Shown here: positions 13,142 through 28,200 of the stretch, one piece after another | How positions within the stretch are numbered: position 1 is the first letter of the stretch | Layout: every line of letters begins with the position of its first letter | Source: Tubiluchus corallicola | Lineage: Eukaryota; Animalia; Priapulida | Assembly: GCA_030141605.1 (NCBI GenBank) | Contig: JAQGDQ010000436.1 | Span: 133,950 to 197,949 of the forward strand | Direction: 5' to 3' | Length of the DNA stretch: 64,000 nt | Made by a program: the position numbers and the translations under genes | The notes under the pieces: model-generated | Told to the model about the DNA's origin: nothing | What the model saw: only the letters and a program-made list of their open reading frames with translations | Database searches by the model: none

Positions 13142-13277
13142 CGGGCAGTTGTATTGATTTTGCAAGCGTGTGGTGGTGGCAGGCAGTTTCCTCTGTCAGT
13201 CAGTTACTATCAATGTTGTTGTTTCCTCTTACCGTGCGTAGATTATTTATGTAAACATATTGTTGTGTTTTAAAAGT

Positions 13278-16200
13278 ATGGGCAATACGGACACAAAATT
13301 GAATTTTCGAAAAGCAGTTATTCAGTTAACAACTAAAACACAGGTAAATCTCTGTTTCATGTCATGTTTGGAGTCACTGATCTGTCTCTACTCTACTAGA
13401 ATCAGAATGAAATTGAATACATAAAAGGCTTCACATTTTTCATAGCTCCAGCTGTGTGATATAAAATCAGATGTTTTTATAAAACCTAAAAACCGCTACT
13501 AAAATAAGCAAGTACAAGGTTAGTTAAGTACCAACATTCAATTTTATTTTCTCAATGGCAGTTCGTCATAATTATTTTTACATTTCATTGCAGCTGAGAA
13601 GGAGCAGCGAAAGACCTATTGGTCACTTGGTCAGCTGCCCTTATTAAAAATACAAGTTTACTCACAGGCTCATGACATTTTTTAGGTGTTTGTGTATGTA
13701 TAAAAGGCAAAAGCAACAAAAATCAACTCAAAGGAGAAATGCAATTCAAAGCATAACAAGACATAACATCAAGCAAAAAATTAATGAAATTCAATGTAGA
13801 GCAAAAAATTCTACTCAAAGCAAAAATGCAATTTCACTCAAAATAAAAGGAAGTTATCACAAGCAATGCAAAACGGAATTTAACTTATAGCAAAAAATTA
13901 TATCAAACAAAATGAAACTCATAGCGAAAATTTTATAAAGCAAAAGCAATTCAACTGAAGGTAAAAGAATTTGTTAAAACCAAAGCAAAACAGAATTCAG
14001 CTTAGTTTTTTTTTCAATTACTAGTAGGCCTATAAATGATTGCATTTCATTGGTATAGTGGATTTGAAAAGCGTTTTGATCTCTTTTGTTAAGTTATCTG
14101 AAAACTTATCATTCAAACTGTAAATATGCATTCAATTTTTCATGATTAATAACTATGTTATTGTTTGTTAGCCTGTTGAGGCGAGTGACGATCAGTTTTG
14201 GGACCAGTTCTTTGCTGAGACGCTTGTTGGCGTGCAGGACTTTTTCACTCTCATACCAGCAGCGGAGATACGAGCATTGCGTGAAGAATCTCCATCCAAC
14301 CTTGCTACGCTATGCTATAAAGCCGTGGAAAAACTTGTTCATGCTTCCGAGTCAGCATGTGGAACGCAGCTTGAGCAGCAAATTGGTAATTCATTTAGTA
14401 ACTAGTCATTAACAGAAGACTGAAAATGCCCATATACAGTAAGTCCTTGCTTAACGATCTCCACTTAACGACGTTTTGTTTTTGTGAGCAATTTTGCGTG
14501 CAACGTGTTGCTGTAGCAACCAGACTAAGTATGTAGGTAAAATTCCCAAGGTCGTCCCAGGGCTTGGTTTTGACTCTGCAGTGTTTCTTGTTCAACAGCT
14601 GTCTAGTCTTAAACATTAACCAAACAGAAACCGCTATAGCTAGGCATTGGTAAGTAAAATATCTAAGTGGTTTCAGGCAAACAGGAAGATATTAATCGTA
14701 CAAATATGAATAAAACTCATAGAATTTTAACTTATATGATTTAAGCAGTACTGAATTTTGTCTCTGAAATGTATCTGAATTCTTTTACATTGCTGCCTGT
14801 AGAAGTCTTGGCTTCGTTTAACAACGTTTCACTTAACGTCGCATTTTGTTGGAATCCATTATCGTTAAGCGAAGACTTGCTGTACTGTAGTTATTTTACC
14901 TTATAGGAACATTTAGTTTATCTTTTTTTTTACTGCAACAAACCACTAAACCAGATATCAAAATACTTTTAATCAATGATAATAAAATTTCTTCCTTTAG
15001 TTTTAAACTGTGTGAGGCTTCTCACCAGGATCATGCCGTACATTTTTGAAGATCCGGAGTGGAGAGGATTTTTCTGGTCAACTCTTCCGGGACAGCAGGA
15101 AGACGAAAATGGCGAGGTGATTGAAGGTTTTATTGCCAAGTGTCGCTGTTTTGCTCGTGAACTATTCATTTGTAAGCTGTAGGCATGGTCCAAAATCGAC
15201 ATTCGTCTTGCAATTCATTTAACACCAATTACATGCTTTGTTGAAGTTTACATGTATGTAGAAATAAAAGTAATAGCTCTGTATCCTTGTCACCAAGAAA
15301 GTCACAAGAAAGTCACAGCTAAGAAATTGTATTGATTTTTTTATTTGTTTTTAATTTTCCCTATCAAGTTTGCTGACTTCCATTTTTCTACATACTGCAT
15401 ATCTATCTAATATTGACGTATATATTTGAATAGTTTACTGAGTATTGTATTTTTGTTTTTAGGCAATACCCTTGGCGCAGTCTCTAGTTAATGCATGCTG
15501 TGTAAGTAAACATTTTCTACATATCTTATTAAGCCATAAACATTTGCTTTTGTTGGCATATGTAGTCCAGTAATCAGTATCAATAAAGAAATTTAAAATA
15601 TTACTAGTTAAAACCATAATCAAAATTTGTAATCAGTAAGTATTTGTGTGTAAGCTATAACTGATTTTTCTCAAATTTTCTTAAACATTTGTTTGTAAAC
15701 TTGTTACTTGTTCAACAATAACTGTTTCTCTTTGTTTAAAATGTTTGTGAGATCTTTTATTTTGCTTTTAGGACTTGCTGTTTTGTCCGGATTTTACCGT
15801 AAGCACGTCTAAGAAGGTTGGACCCGTACGTATATACATATACATATTTGCATAAATTTGTTGTTATCAGCAAGCGAATTATTCTTGGAGATATCACACA
15901 AAAAAATTTCTTTTTTGATGGTGCCATATCAGTGCTGCAATAATTCTCACATTAATACCAAGATGTCATTTTTTGTCTAAAAAAATCCTCTAAACGCTCT
16001 TTATCAGTTTTAAGACCACAAATTTTCTGGTCAATGGTGACGTTCAAGTCCATTAAGTACGAAAACTACGGATGATGTTACCATTTCACTTAGTTGTTGT
16101 TATGCTTAGGATGTGGCAGAGGACCTTCAGTCTATTGATTCATGCGAATACATCTGGGAGGCGGGTGTGGGTTTTGCTCATTCCCCTGCAAAACACCCCC

Positions 16201-19200
16201 AGCACCTGTCGAATCGCACTGACATTCTCAAGCTCATACTCACCTGTTTCTCAGAAAGCATGTACATTTGTTCAGGTAAAAAACATTAATTGTATTCGTC
16301 TATGCTTTGTGCAGCCAGGATTGCTTTTGATTAACTCACTGAATATATATTGTTTATTTCTAAGATTGCAAGTAACCTCTTTTGATTAATTTAATGTAAA
16401 AATTGTCACTATTGAAATTAAAGTATACATTTTATAGGAGTTTTAAATTAATTTAGTTTTTTTGACAAATTTTGCATTTACAAAGAAGCAAGCTTTTACT
16501 TTAAAAGAGTTTTACATAATTTTTGCTAAGATATTTAAAAATTGTCAAATTTAAAATCAATGTTAAATTTTTATCTAGATACTCAGTCACAGTCCAATAA
16601 GTGGATTCTCTACTTCACCTCTGCAGAGAATCGTCACGCGTTGCCTCTCTTCACCTCCCTTCTGAACACGGTGAGCGCGTACGATCCGATTGGCTACGGC
16701 ATTCCCTATAATCATCTCATGTTCACCGACTACGTAGAACCCCTGGTGGAGACCGCGTTACAAGTGCTTGTGGTCACGCTTGATCATGATTACTCTGGAA
16801 ATGATGAGGAGTTTTCTAATGAGGTGAGCCGGGTTGTTTTCATTAATTTGTGGCACTTCTGGTTATACTGAATTCACGCTTTTGGAGAAACATTAGTGTC
16901 AGTTATGTATTTGATGAATGGCAAAGATCAAAATTTCAAAATTTGCATTATGTTTATTATCTTATTATTATGATTTTGAATTATTGTTATTATTTTTAAT
17001 CTATTCAAGTTCATAAGAAGAAACGCCAAACTAACCCAATAAATCACTGGGTGTAGCAAGTGGTCATCAATAGTTAAATAATTACTATGCTTCATCAGGT
17101 TTCGGGGCTTAACTGGATCTCCAATCGGCTTTAGTGGAATATGCTGTTATCTGTATGGGATATGGCAATATAGTGCAACAGCCAACTAACACCTTGGTTT
17201 TTAGTGAGCTGTGTGGAAGGTCTAGTTAACTGCAAAACCTGATGAAGCATAGTAACTGTTTCTTGGCAATTAGCCTTTTCTTGGGCTGATGCATCTTCAT
17301 CTGTGTCATTTGACTTGTTGTGAGAGTTAAAATTGTAAACAATAATAATAATAATAGCTTAATAAGTAGTATAATCTTACGGGAAGGTTACATACGTAAC
17401 AAAGAGATTTTGTTCAATTATTTACATGTTGCATTTCAGAACAACGATAACCTTTTCATCAACTATCTGTCTCGGATACATCGTGAGGAAGATTTCAGGT
17501 TTATCCTGCGTGGACTCAGCCGTCTTCTGACCAACCCTCTGGTGCAGACGTATCTTCCCGGTTCCTGTAAGAAAGTGAATTTCCATCAGGAACTGCTCAT
17601 CCTTTTCTGGAAAATGTGTGATGCCAATAAGGTAAAGATCATTTATGTTAAAAATTAATTAACTTGTGGCTTCGTTTCAGTGGCTTCATTTTGTTTCGTA
17701 ACAGAGATTTCTAAAGAATTTCTTGTCCCTCTAAAATTTAAATCAGTTCTTGAGTCGTATGGGCCTAATTAGTCAATTTCTTTAATTGAAAATAACATAT
17801 CTTTATGTTTTTTATAGTTCGATATATAGTTTAACACAACTTTCGTAACACTGCAAAAATGGCTAACTTGGTTTATATCATCGAACCTAGCGCATTATCA
17901 CCATTAGCATCAATTCATTATCATTGTCATCAGCATTGATATCACCATCGTTGTCATCATCATCATCATCGTTATCAACATCTTCTTTATCGTTTTCTCG
18001 CTTCTGTTTACTTCGCTCCATTTAACATATTTTTTGTTGTTGTTGTTTATATAATTAATTTAGTCTTATCCACATTGAGCATAACTCATAAGTTAATTTT
18101 GTTTGCTGCACTCATAGCACTGTAATGCACTGTTAATTTGTAATTGTATAACTACTTGTATTTTTGTATTGTGCTAAATGGATGAATAAAGAAATCTAAA
18201 ACTAAGATCAACTTGGAAATAAAGAAAATGCACAAATGATAGATATTATAAGTCGCCTTTACAACATTTAATCAGATTATTGAACTGTAAAGAGGAAATC
18301 AAATGAAACATTTTGAGAAATTTAGTTGTTTTGTTTTAATGGTCGGTTTGCATAACTCGTGTTTGCTTTTCATGGCTGACTAGTTTTTTGATACGCATAT
18401 TTTTATGTAAATTGCTAAGTAATTTATTAATACTAAAGTAATTATTAATACTAAGTAATTATTAATGAATTAAGTGCTAACTAAATTAATATAGCTTAGT
18501 TAGTTATTGTGACTTGAATTATCCTTTTACCATTTATATATTTTGCTGTTTTTAACTGTCATATGTTGTCTTAATAAACTAAGTGACTTAATGTATCGTG
18601 ACGGAAACACATCAAGGCTTGAATGCATTCTTTACAAACATGTTAACGGTGTTGTTCATTGACCGACCAGGTTTTGCTACAGCTCAAAATTTAAAAAGTA
18701 AAGGTTTGATAATCTCAATTCTGACGTCTTATCAGGAACTTTTTTATCCCGGGGGAGTATTTTTAATTTTTGAGTAACGAAGGGATATATGCGAATTAGA
18801 TTAAAATAATTATGTAGGAAACGTTTAGTAGAATTCACCTGAGCCATAAGAAGCCAGTTTACCATACAGCCATACAGCAAAGCCTTCGTGCATGATTTTA
18901 TGTTTAACGTGGCAGAATTAGTTCCCAATTTCCATTGCATGATCAGAATTTATGCAACTATTAAGAGTATAAGAGTGTTTATCCAAAATGTCTTTACTTA
19001 GCCAATTTCCTGGGTAAGTTTGAGAGCACAAAACTGTCGGGTAGTGATGTTAAGCTCTAGGGTTTCATTGTTGTAATTTTACGAATTTTATTGTTTTTTG
19101 CAGAAGTTCCTTTTTTACGTTTTGAAAAGTTCCGATGTTCTCGAGGTTCTCGTCCCGATTCTGTACCACATCAACGACGCTCGAGCTGACCAGTGTAAGT

Positions 19201-22200
19201 AAGGTTGTTAAATCAGGTTTTGATGAACATTTTATACAGAACGAGAAATTCATCTGTGGGCGTGGTTTACTACAATGTTAATCATAGAATCCAAGCTTCT
19301 CTAATGAGGCAACTTTATGGTGGGTACACCAAATCCTACACGTGTGTGTCGTAAGAATGACATGTCATGTCACGGAAAATTTCATAAGAATGTTTTTAAA
19401 GTGTTTGCTTCATACCACGCATTGGTGCAACTAAGTTAACAATCTCCAAATGTACAATGAGACCGGTTTTTTAATCCTAGTCTAGTTCTTGACATTCGGT
19501 TTCCATGTTACTGCCTTGGTTTTGTGTTCGGCCTCACGTTAAACTAACACCCTGTGTGAATTCTTAGTATTATTTATGTTGTTCGCCTTCCGGTTTCTTT
19601 TTGTACGTTTGCGCAAAACAGATGGGGTTTGTTACAGTTACAGTTTACAGTTCACAGTTATAGTTTACAGTTACAGGTTACAGTTACAGTTTACAGTTAC
19701 AGTTCACAGTTACAGTTTACAGTTACAGTTTATTTTATTTAACATCAGTTATTAGTCTATAAAGACTGTTTTCTGCCATAAATAAAAACATTGCCTAATT
19801 AAAATACATAGAATCTCTGTAGCCAAGAGAATACTATAAGATTAAGAGAGAGATGGTTAAGAGACAGAAAAAACTAGCACCCTAAGTGGAAAAAGCATAT
19901 TTAGGTACAGTGGACTCTCGTTATAAGAATCACCTCGGGAGAAGGCAAAGTGATTCTTATAACGAGCGATTCTTATAACGAGCATGGCACAGAATTGGTT
20001 TAAAAAAATTTTATGCACATAAAAATTATTTATTTCCCGAAATTACGCTAGAAACGACATGAAACAGCATAATGTTTTTCTGGCCTAAAAAGGACCTAAA
20101 AATTCCTAGACTAATGTTTTTATTTCATGGTTGGGTAAATATTTCATGATGCCAGAATTGCCTTAAAATTTTTTTAATGCACATAATTTTTTTCCCGAAA
20201 TTGTGCTGGAGACGACAGAAAACTCTACATCTACTGCTTGAAAAATATCGATAGCTTGCTTTGCTTCATTTCTCCTCTGGTGAGGCGGTCAATTTCGGCC
20301 CCCAACCGTTTCAATTGAAGGTTGTCCTCGAAGACTCGTGCCACCTTCTCGCTGGCCAACCCTCGGAAGCGCGTCATAAGCGGCGATGATTTTCACCTTT
20401 TCACTCACACTTCTGCTTTTCCGTTTGGATGCCATTTTTCAACTGACTGACACGCAAACAAACAAATTTGAAATCTCTGACAATGGAGTTGGCGCCAAAA
20501 TTGCTTCTACTATCGAAAGAAGGGTGATTCTTATACGAGCGGATTTTCACTAGGAAAATGCCGATTCAATTCGGGAAACGCGATTTTGATTCTTATATCG
20601 AGCTGATTCTTATACGTGTGATTCTTGTAACGAGAGTCCACTGTAATTAAAAATACATAATACATATATAATAGAATACAAATATAATATGAAATATAAT
20701 ATAATAACTGCATACATAATATGACATATAATTACAGAAAGAAATTGACTATAAGTACAAGGATCTTAAATGAAACATATTTACTTGATCAAAGTACTTA
20801 TTTTCACATTCCTATAATTATCAGAAATTTCATATAGAAGACACAAGATTAAATTTATAAAACGTACGAAGTTTAAAATTAAAGCTATTTGCAATTAAGT
20901 TTTTACAATAAAATATACACAATGATAAAATATGGGATTTGAATGCGGTATCTAAATGAGGTTGTGGTGAGTTTGATTCTCTCCTGGGGCACAATATCGG
21001 CAGTGACAGATTATACCGTCCCATTTGTTTATTAGACTTACAAAAGATGTTAAGTTGGGGGCATCACGATAGGTATTCATCGGGTAGGTTATTCCATAAT
21101 TTGGCTCCTGTGTAGCGGAAAGAATTTAGACCGTAGTTAGTGGTTCTGCAATGTGCGATAACAAGTTCTAGGTTATCAGATCCTTCTGATGCTTGAAAAA
21201 GATCATTAGGGTCAGAACATTTATTTTATATATATATAATTTATTTTGCATACCTATGTAGCTGTTTCCCTTAACCTACATAAAGCGAGGTTTGGGCATT
21301 TGACTGACTATAATAAGCCGTCATAATCTGCTTCGAAATCATTAAGAACAAATGGATATCTCTTTTTTGTATTTTTTCAAGCGTCATAGTGTTCGTTTCA
21401 CCTGTTGAATGGCCTTAAACATTGTGGGTTTTGGTTTTAGCTTTGACTATCTCATTTTTTTATTTTCTGTTGTTTTTTCTGGTCTCTGACACGTTTCTGA
21501 ATATTGCAGTAGGGTGTGTTGACCGGCTCTCTTTTGCTGCTGCATAGACGACTATGTGCAAATTTTATTCGAAGCATTGAATCTTGACACTTTAGTTCAT
21601 TTTCTATTTAGTGATGCTGTTATTTGTTAGTTACAGCATGCATTGCCCTAATGTAATAGCTGATTAGGTTTTTATCGCTAATGTTATTCACTTGTTAAAA
21701 ATATCTGTAGTACCATGCTATCATTTCCTGTCATTCAGTTGTCCACTACGTTTACATAGGTGTCCAGTGGCAGCTCGTGTATAGGTACTGTGGAACTGCA
21801 GCACCCCCTATTTTCACTCAATATTATCGATAATATTCAATATAATAAGTATTTTTGTTTAATTCTTTCTTTATACTTGTACGGAACCAAAGCACGTGAG
21901 GGTAGTACTGTTTGCTTCACAACCCAGCCCAGTGTTGTGTTTGGCTGTTGTGTGCATTCGGCCATGCACACATGTCTGAGATAACATGCTGTACGCTGCA
22001 CTGTTAGCATCTGCTGTTAGGCAGAGAAAGTACTGTTTCTCACACAGTTTGTTGTCAGTTCTCACATGCTCAAAAACCGTGTACCGGCATATTCTTGAAC
22101 TGTGGCAATTTAGGCTATTCGTAAGCAAGAAAGTTTGTTGTTTAGAATTTTATGAAGTTTATGTATAAATTTTCGTATGTCTGTTTGTTTAAAATTACAA

Positions 22201-25200
22201 TTACAAATTACAACCTTAAAATTACATTGTTTGTTTCGTTTTACACAGTACTAAAAATTTTCTGAAGCAGCAACCCCAGTAATTTTAACTACAGGCTGCT
22301 ACTGGAGGAGTCATACTTGCATTCTGTTGATGTATGAAGGTTCTTGTTGTATTTCAGCTCGTGTTGGACTCATGCATATTGGAGTGTTCATTTTGTTGTT
22401 ACTCAGCGGGGAACGGAACTTTGGTGTTCGATTGAACAAGCCGTATACAGTGAGAGTGCCAATGGACATACCCATGTTCACTGGAACGCATGCTGATCTT
22501 CTTATCATTGTACGTACACGAGTGTTACAAATTACTGAGGAGGCCTGTAAAGTACATTCTTTTATGAAATTGCTTCAAAAAATGTGTAAAACCATCAGCA
22601 ATCTTCAAAACCAGTGAAAAATTTGTGCAGACATTTTTGAGAGCAAACGGGCAAAAAATATTTAAATGTCAGCGAAGGTTGTGCAAAAACTTTTTAAGCT
22701 TAACTTGAGGATTAAATTAAAATTATAATCAAGAATGCGCAAACATTCCACATAGGAGAGTGTTATTTGCTGTGCTTTTCCTGGTTAATGATTCCAACAA
22801 ATTAGTAGAGATGTTGATATTGTGTGTCTTCAAAGGCTGAGCTGCTCAATCTAATCAGTAATATAGCAACAAAGTGTATGTTCTGTATAAGCTGCTGATC
22901 AACAGTTCGCCAGTATGAAACTTGAAACTACACAGTCACCATTCTCCCTTCGTAGGTCCATTCTTCTTTCAAAACAGATATAGAACTGTTCGCTATAATC
23001 CTTGCGGAACGCCATGTGAAGTATTTTTGTAAGCTCACTTTCTAATAATTTTTTTGAAAAAAATCTCATGGTTTGGGTCAAGAAAGAGCTGATCATTGAC
23101 CACAAAATCTAAGTATGCACATTGCACACACACAGTTAAGTGGACAATTCTGGGCTGGATCTTAGTCACGTTCCTGTTCATTTGAACAAATTATGTAAAT
23201 ATTGGGCCAAAGATACTTGAAATTTCTTTTCTATCCTTTCTACCTTCCTGTTATTCCCACTTTTGGTCCTAATTTGAAAAATATATCATCTATAAAAGGT
23301 CGTTAAATTGAGACCACTCATTCGATGTGTGAGTAATCCATGTAGACATTGGAACTTTCATTTATATACATTATATGCATGTAAATTACATTATATGTGT
23401 ATAACAGTATGCCAGCACTGCCTGACATTTCAAAACTTTTTTCATTGTGTAGTTTATCTAAACTATTTTGTTTTTCGGAAACGTATCCAAAAAATGTTCA
23501 GCCGAGGTTTCTATACTGAGTAGTAATGCGTTTATATATAATTTTAATAATATACGTTTTGTCTTCTTGTAGGTATTCCACAAGATTATCACTACAGGTC
23601 ACACTCGTCTTCAACCTTTGTTCGATTGCCTGCTTACAATTATTGTCAACAGTAAGTACTAAGTTGACAACGTGCATGATTGAATTGTTGGTGTCAATAT
23701 GAAAATGTTTCAAGTCAAGAATGTGTCATACTGCAACAAATTCAGGGCTTGTGGAAGAATGAATTTTAAAAAGTGAAGTACACAAAGAAATGCTAAGGAA
23801 AATTCAGTTTGACTAATCGTAATAACAGTTTATTGGTTATTGCAATCAACTTAAAGCAATGTAATGCTGTTGTGATAATTGTTCATGTTCTATCGTGGTT
23901 GAGTAGTCTGTATAGATGATATTATGTGGTTTGATTCATTAATACCAGTTTAGTACAAAGGTGACAATATAGAGGGTGCAAAAGTTTCAAACTCATGCGT
24001 GCGTCAAAATTGAAATTCTGTCAGTCCAATCAAAAAGTTTTGCTCAAATGAACTTCTGCAAGACTGTCTAGACTTTCAGGTTTGCGAGTCAGTGAACTTG
24101 CATAGAAGCATTCCTGTCTTTGTGCAGAGTTCAGGTACTAATCGTTTACAACTTTTAACATATAGAGCTTTGCTGGCTGTGTTACCGTAGCGGCTGATGG
24201 AAAGTGCAGTGTGTGCTATTCCCAAGTCAAATCACAATCATTTTTACGTTACTTTGCAGTTTCACCGTATCTGAAGACTCTTTCAATGGTCGCCAGCACC
24301 AAGTTGCTCCACCTATTAGAGGCTTTCAGTACTCCGTGGTTTCTCTTTTCCAGTCCGACGAATCACCACTTGGTGTTCTTCTTGTTGGAGGTGTTCAACA
24401 ACATCATACAGTATCAGTTCGACGGTAAGTAGTACATTCACGATAGGTGTTGTGTTAGTCACCTTCACTCCTGAGTTCATTGGTCATGGATACAAGTCAT
24501 GTGGTTTCAAATACTTTGTTTCCTATGTGTTACTCATTGTTTGTGTACTATTGTTTCCTATGTGTTACTCATTGTTTGTGTACTATTGTTTCCTATGTGT
24601 TACTCATTGTTTATGTACTATTGTTTCCTGTGTGTTGCTCATTGTTTGTGTACTATTGTTTCCTATGTGTTACTCATTGTTTGTATGTTATGTCTTGTAT
24701 CTATATTATTTAACTGTAAGGTGTTAAATAGACACCTGTGCTAATGTTGTTCGTTGACTGAGCAAGATAAATAAATGTTAAGTGTTTTTAGCTTGTAAGT
24801 TTGATTATATAGTGTTTTGTTCTTCGAGAAACTGATTCTGTCATTGCATAATGGTAGAATGTACTCATAATGGTAGAAGGTACGCGTTGAATAATTCAAT
24901 TTTTGTGACAAAATTGGTCAGTAGAAGAGAAACATGAAAAAACGTGACTGAAGTTGAATTTGAACCTAGGACCTTTGGATTACAAGTGCATGCTTTTACT
25001 AACAATTGTTGATCAAATCTCCTGTGGACCTTAAATACGTTTTCTTTATCAGGTAATTCCAATCTGGTGTACACAATCATTCGCAAACGAAATGTTTTTC
25101 ATCAGTTGGCTAACCTGCCAACGGATGGTGTCACGATCGCCAAGACGCTGGCAAAGAAGGGCAAGCGGACATCGTCACAAGTCAGTGCCGATAAAAGTAC

Positions 25201-28200
25201 GGAAGAGGTGGAGGGAAGGATGGAAGGAGCAATTCCAGCAAAAGAAGCTGAGCCTGGCACGCTGAATGCTTCATTATGTGCAACACCTGGTACTTGGTTT
25301 TAATTGTTTTTTATTGTTCCTGATAGAGAAATGCACAAAGATTTCTGGCCACTCTTAAGAAGTTGTTTGTATTTTTGTGTTTGTCCCTCCCTAAAGCTTT
25401 TGCGAGTTTCTTTCGCTGTTACGCTGAGTGATGTAGTCAGTTACAAAGTCAGAAGACATGGATTTATGCTGAATATTTGTCCAATGGTCTTTTTTCTTTC
25501 AGTTTGATATCTTTATTTTTCATCTTCTGGTTTGTCTTGCAAGTTGCAGAGAAAGTGGAGATACTTTTAATTGCACTCACTAATATTATTCATAAATGGT
25601 AGCTGAGTTGTAGGAAAGCCTGATAAGCTTTCGTAAAGGTTAAATTTTGCTAGGCGTAATTTAAAGTCAGTCATGTGATGATTTAATTACGTACTCGTAA
25701 AGGCAGTTGCAATAAAGAGAATTGATCTTATGTTATTCAACTTGTTTGAAGAGTGGTGATTTGAAGTTATGCTCTGGTTGCATGACTTACGGCACATCAA
25801 GCTAGTAAGTTTTCTTTCAGACAGCAAACTCACAAGCTTTGCAAGTTTTTGTTGGCAGACTATTGCAAATTCTCAGTCAGTTCCTGCAAGTTGATATCTT
25901 GCTAGTTACTGTCTAGTGTGGATGTCTTGGCGAGTTACTGTTGACACTTCTCTCGCAGTGAATAGAGAAGTGAGTGTCAGCTATAGTGGAGTCACTCGCA
26001 GTAAGTTTTGCTCTCTAGTCTGAACACGCTTGCAAGTTACTGTCTAGTGTGGATGCCTTGGCGAGTTACTCTCGACAGTTCTCGTGCAGTGAATAGAGAA
26101 GTGAGTGTCAGCTGTAGTGGAGTCACTCGCAGTAAGTTTTGCTCTCTAGTCTGAACACGCTTGCAAGTTACTTAGCGAATTTACATGGCCAGAAAACTCA
26201 CTAGTCTGAACGTGCCATTAGAGTCTGAATTGGGGTTAGAGTTAGAGTTAGGCTTAACTCCATAAGGTTCAAGTGTAAAATATGATGATTTCCCTCGGTA
26301 GTTCTGCTTTAGTTGCTAAGTTCTGCTAAGTTCTGCATTGTTAGTGTAAATGTTATAGTTAGTTTGGGTTTGGATTAAAGATAGATTTAGTGCTTACTGT
26401 TTCATTAATGTACTGTCTGAAAACACACTATAAGCACAGCAGGTAATAGTGCGAGAAACATTAGCTGTGTTCAATATTTGCGGTTTGATTTGCCGTGCTG
26501 ATTTAATCTGTTGTGGAAGCAGCATCCAAACATGGCTAAAATACTTCTGCTGGTTCAGTGGCTCAACTTAGAGGGTGATTTTTGATAGTAGTCTAGGTTC
26601 CTGTTTTGCCACAAGCATCAGCATTGAGTAGGCCATGCCTTTGAATGCATATGAATGCAGCATTCTAGATTGCAGTGTGTAAAATTGTATAAAGAAGTAC
26701 ACAAATAACAGTAAAATAAGATTTCTGCTATTGACATTGTAGCTATTGGTAAGATGACAGAAGAGTCTCGACCATCCACATCGATGCCGACGTTAAAGGA
26801 AATAGCTGAAGATTCTCGCTCCGCAGCGGAAACCGTGCAACCTGCCGGGGAGAATGTGGTTGATGTGGGAGCAGGCGGCGATGCTCGTGCCACAGAAGGC
26901 ACAGAGTCTGCCCCGGAAGAGGAACAGGAAGAGAAGAAGCGAGGTCAACTGGAGAAGAGTCACAGTCTGGTAGGTTTGTTGTAGTGTTGCATGATATGTT
27001 CTTTGTTACTTGTGTTTTTCGCAAGACAGCTACAAATGTACGTTATTATTGTATATACATTATACATATGTGTATGTCTAGCTGGCTTGTGAAAATGCTC
27101 TGATGACGATACTGCATTGAAACGTAAGCAGTAAAGAGATGCCATGTTGTTATCAACAATAGTCGTTGTTTTGATTTGATTATTGAGATTATTGAAACGA
27201 ATAAGTTGCCGTGTTAATGTATGCTGTTAGATTTGTGTATGTGTTTCTTAATGACTTTAATTCACATGTTTGTTTACTGTTGTAAGAAATCCTTGCACTT
27301 TACAGATGGTCCACTGAAGCCGGTAGTTAAATATTCTGTTTAACATGTAGTAGCATGTGATTTTTATGTATAAACTTCTCCGCTTGAAACAACCCTTTCA
27401 TCGTCACCGTGGATGTTTTGTCTCCGACATGTTTCATGGACATCGTTTTCTTGCAGCCAACACCCCCTGTCAGTCCGACTCAGTCATTGCATTCCACGAA
27501 ATCAGAGAAACTGAAGATGAGTCGATCAGAAAACATTGCGCTGAATTCACAAGCTTGGACACCGACTCCGGAGTGGGTGAGTACTGTTTTTGTCACACCT
27601 AGTGCTATGGTGGGACCGTCTGAAAAATTAAATTGCCATTTTATTTTTTGCAAAATTCTTGAAATTTGTTTTGGTTTGTGATATGATATTTTTACTTTAT
27701 TTATGTTAGTGATCCTTGCTCATTCCTCAATGGCTGTTTGCACAAGTATTTGTTGTTATTTACAGTGTTAATTGCTTATAAAGTTAATAAGTATTTTATT
27801 TATGAATGAAAGGAAAAATCTAGAATTATTGAAGTTTTTAAATCAAACTTTACTGTAAGAAATAGTCTAGTTTTGAATTCGTTCTTTGGTAAATAATCTT
27901 TAAATTATTGCTGTCATAGAGTTACTCCATGAATGTGGAATTTAGAACGTCATTTACCATTGCTATAGAATCCATTTGGTTGTAAAAATTTACACTACGG
28001 AGTAACTCTATCATGACGTGATGATATAAAAACAAACAGTCTGTTTATAGAGTTACATCGCAAATGACGAACCCAAAAATGAATTCAATTGGTTGTTGAT
28101 TACTCTAGCACACGTAAACTAGCATTTGGAAATGCTTGATTGGTCGTTGAGCTATAAAGCTTGAACAAAGATCTGTCATCATCATCATCATCATCACCAA

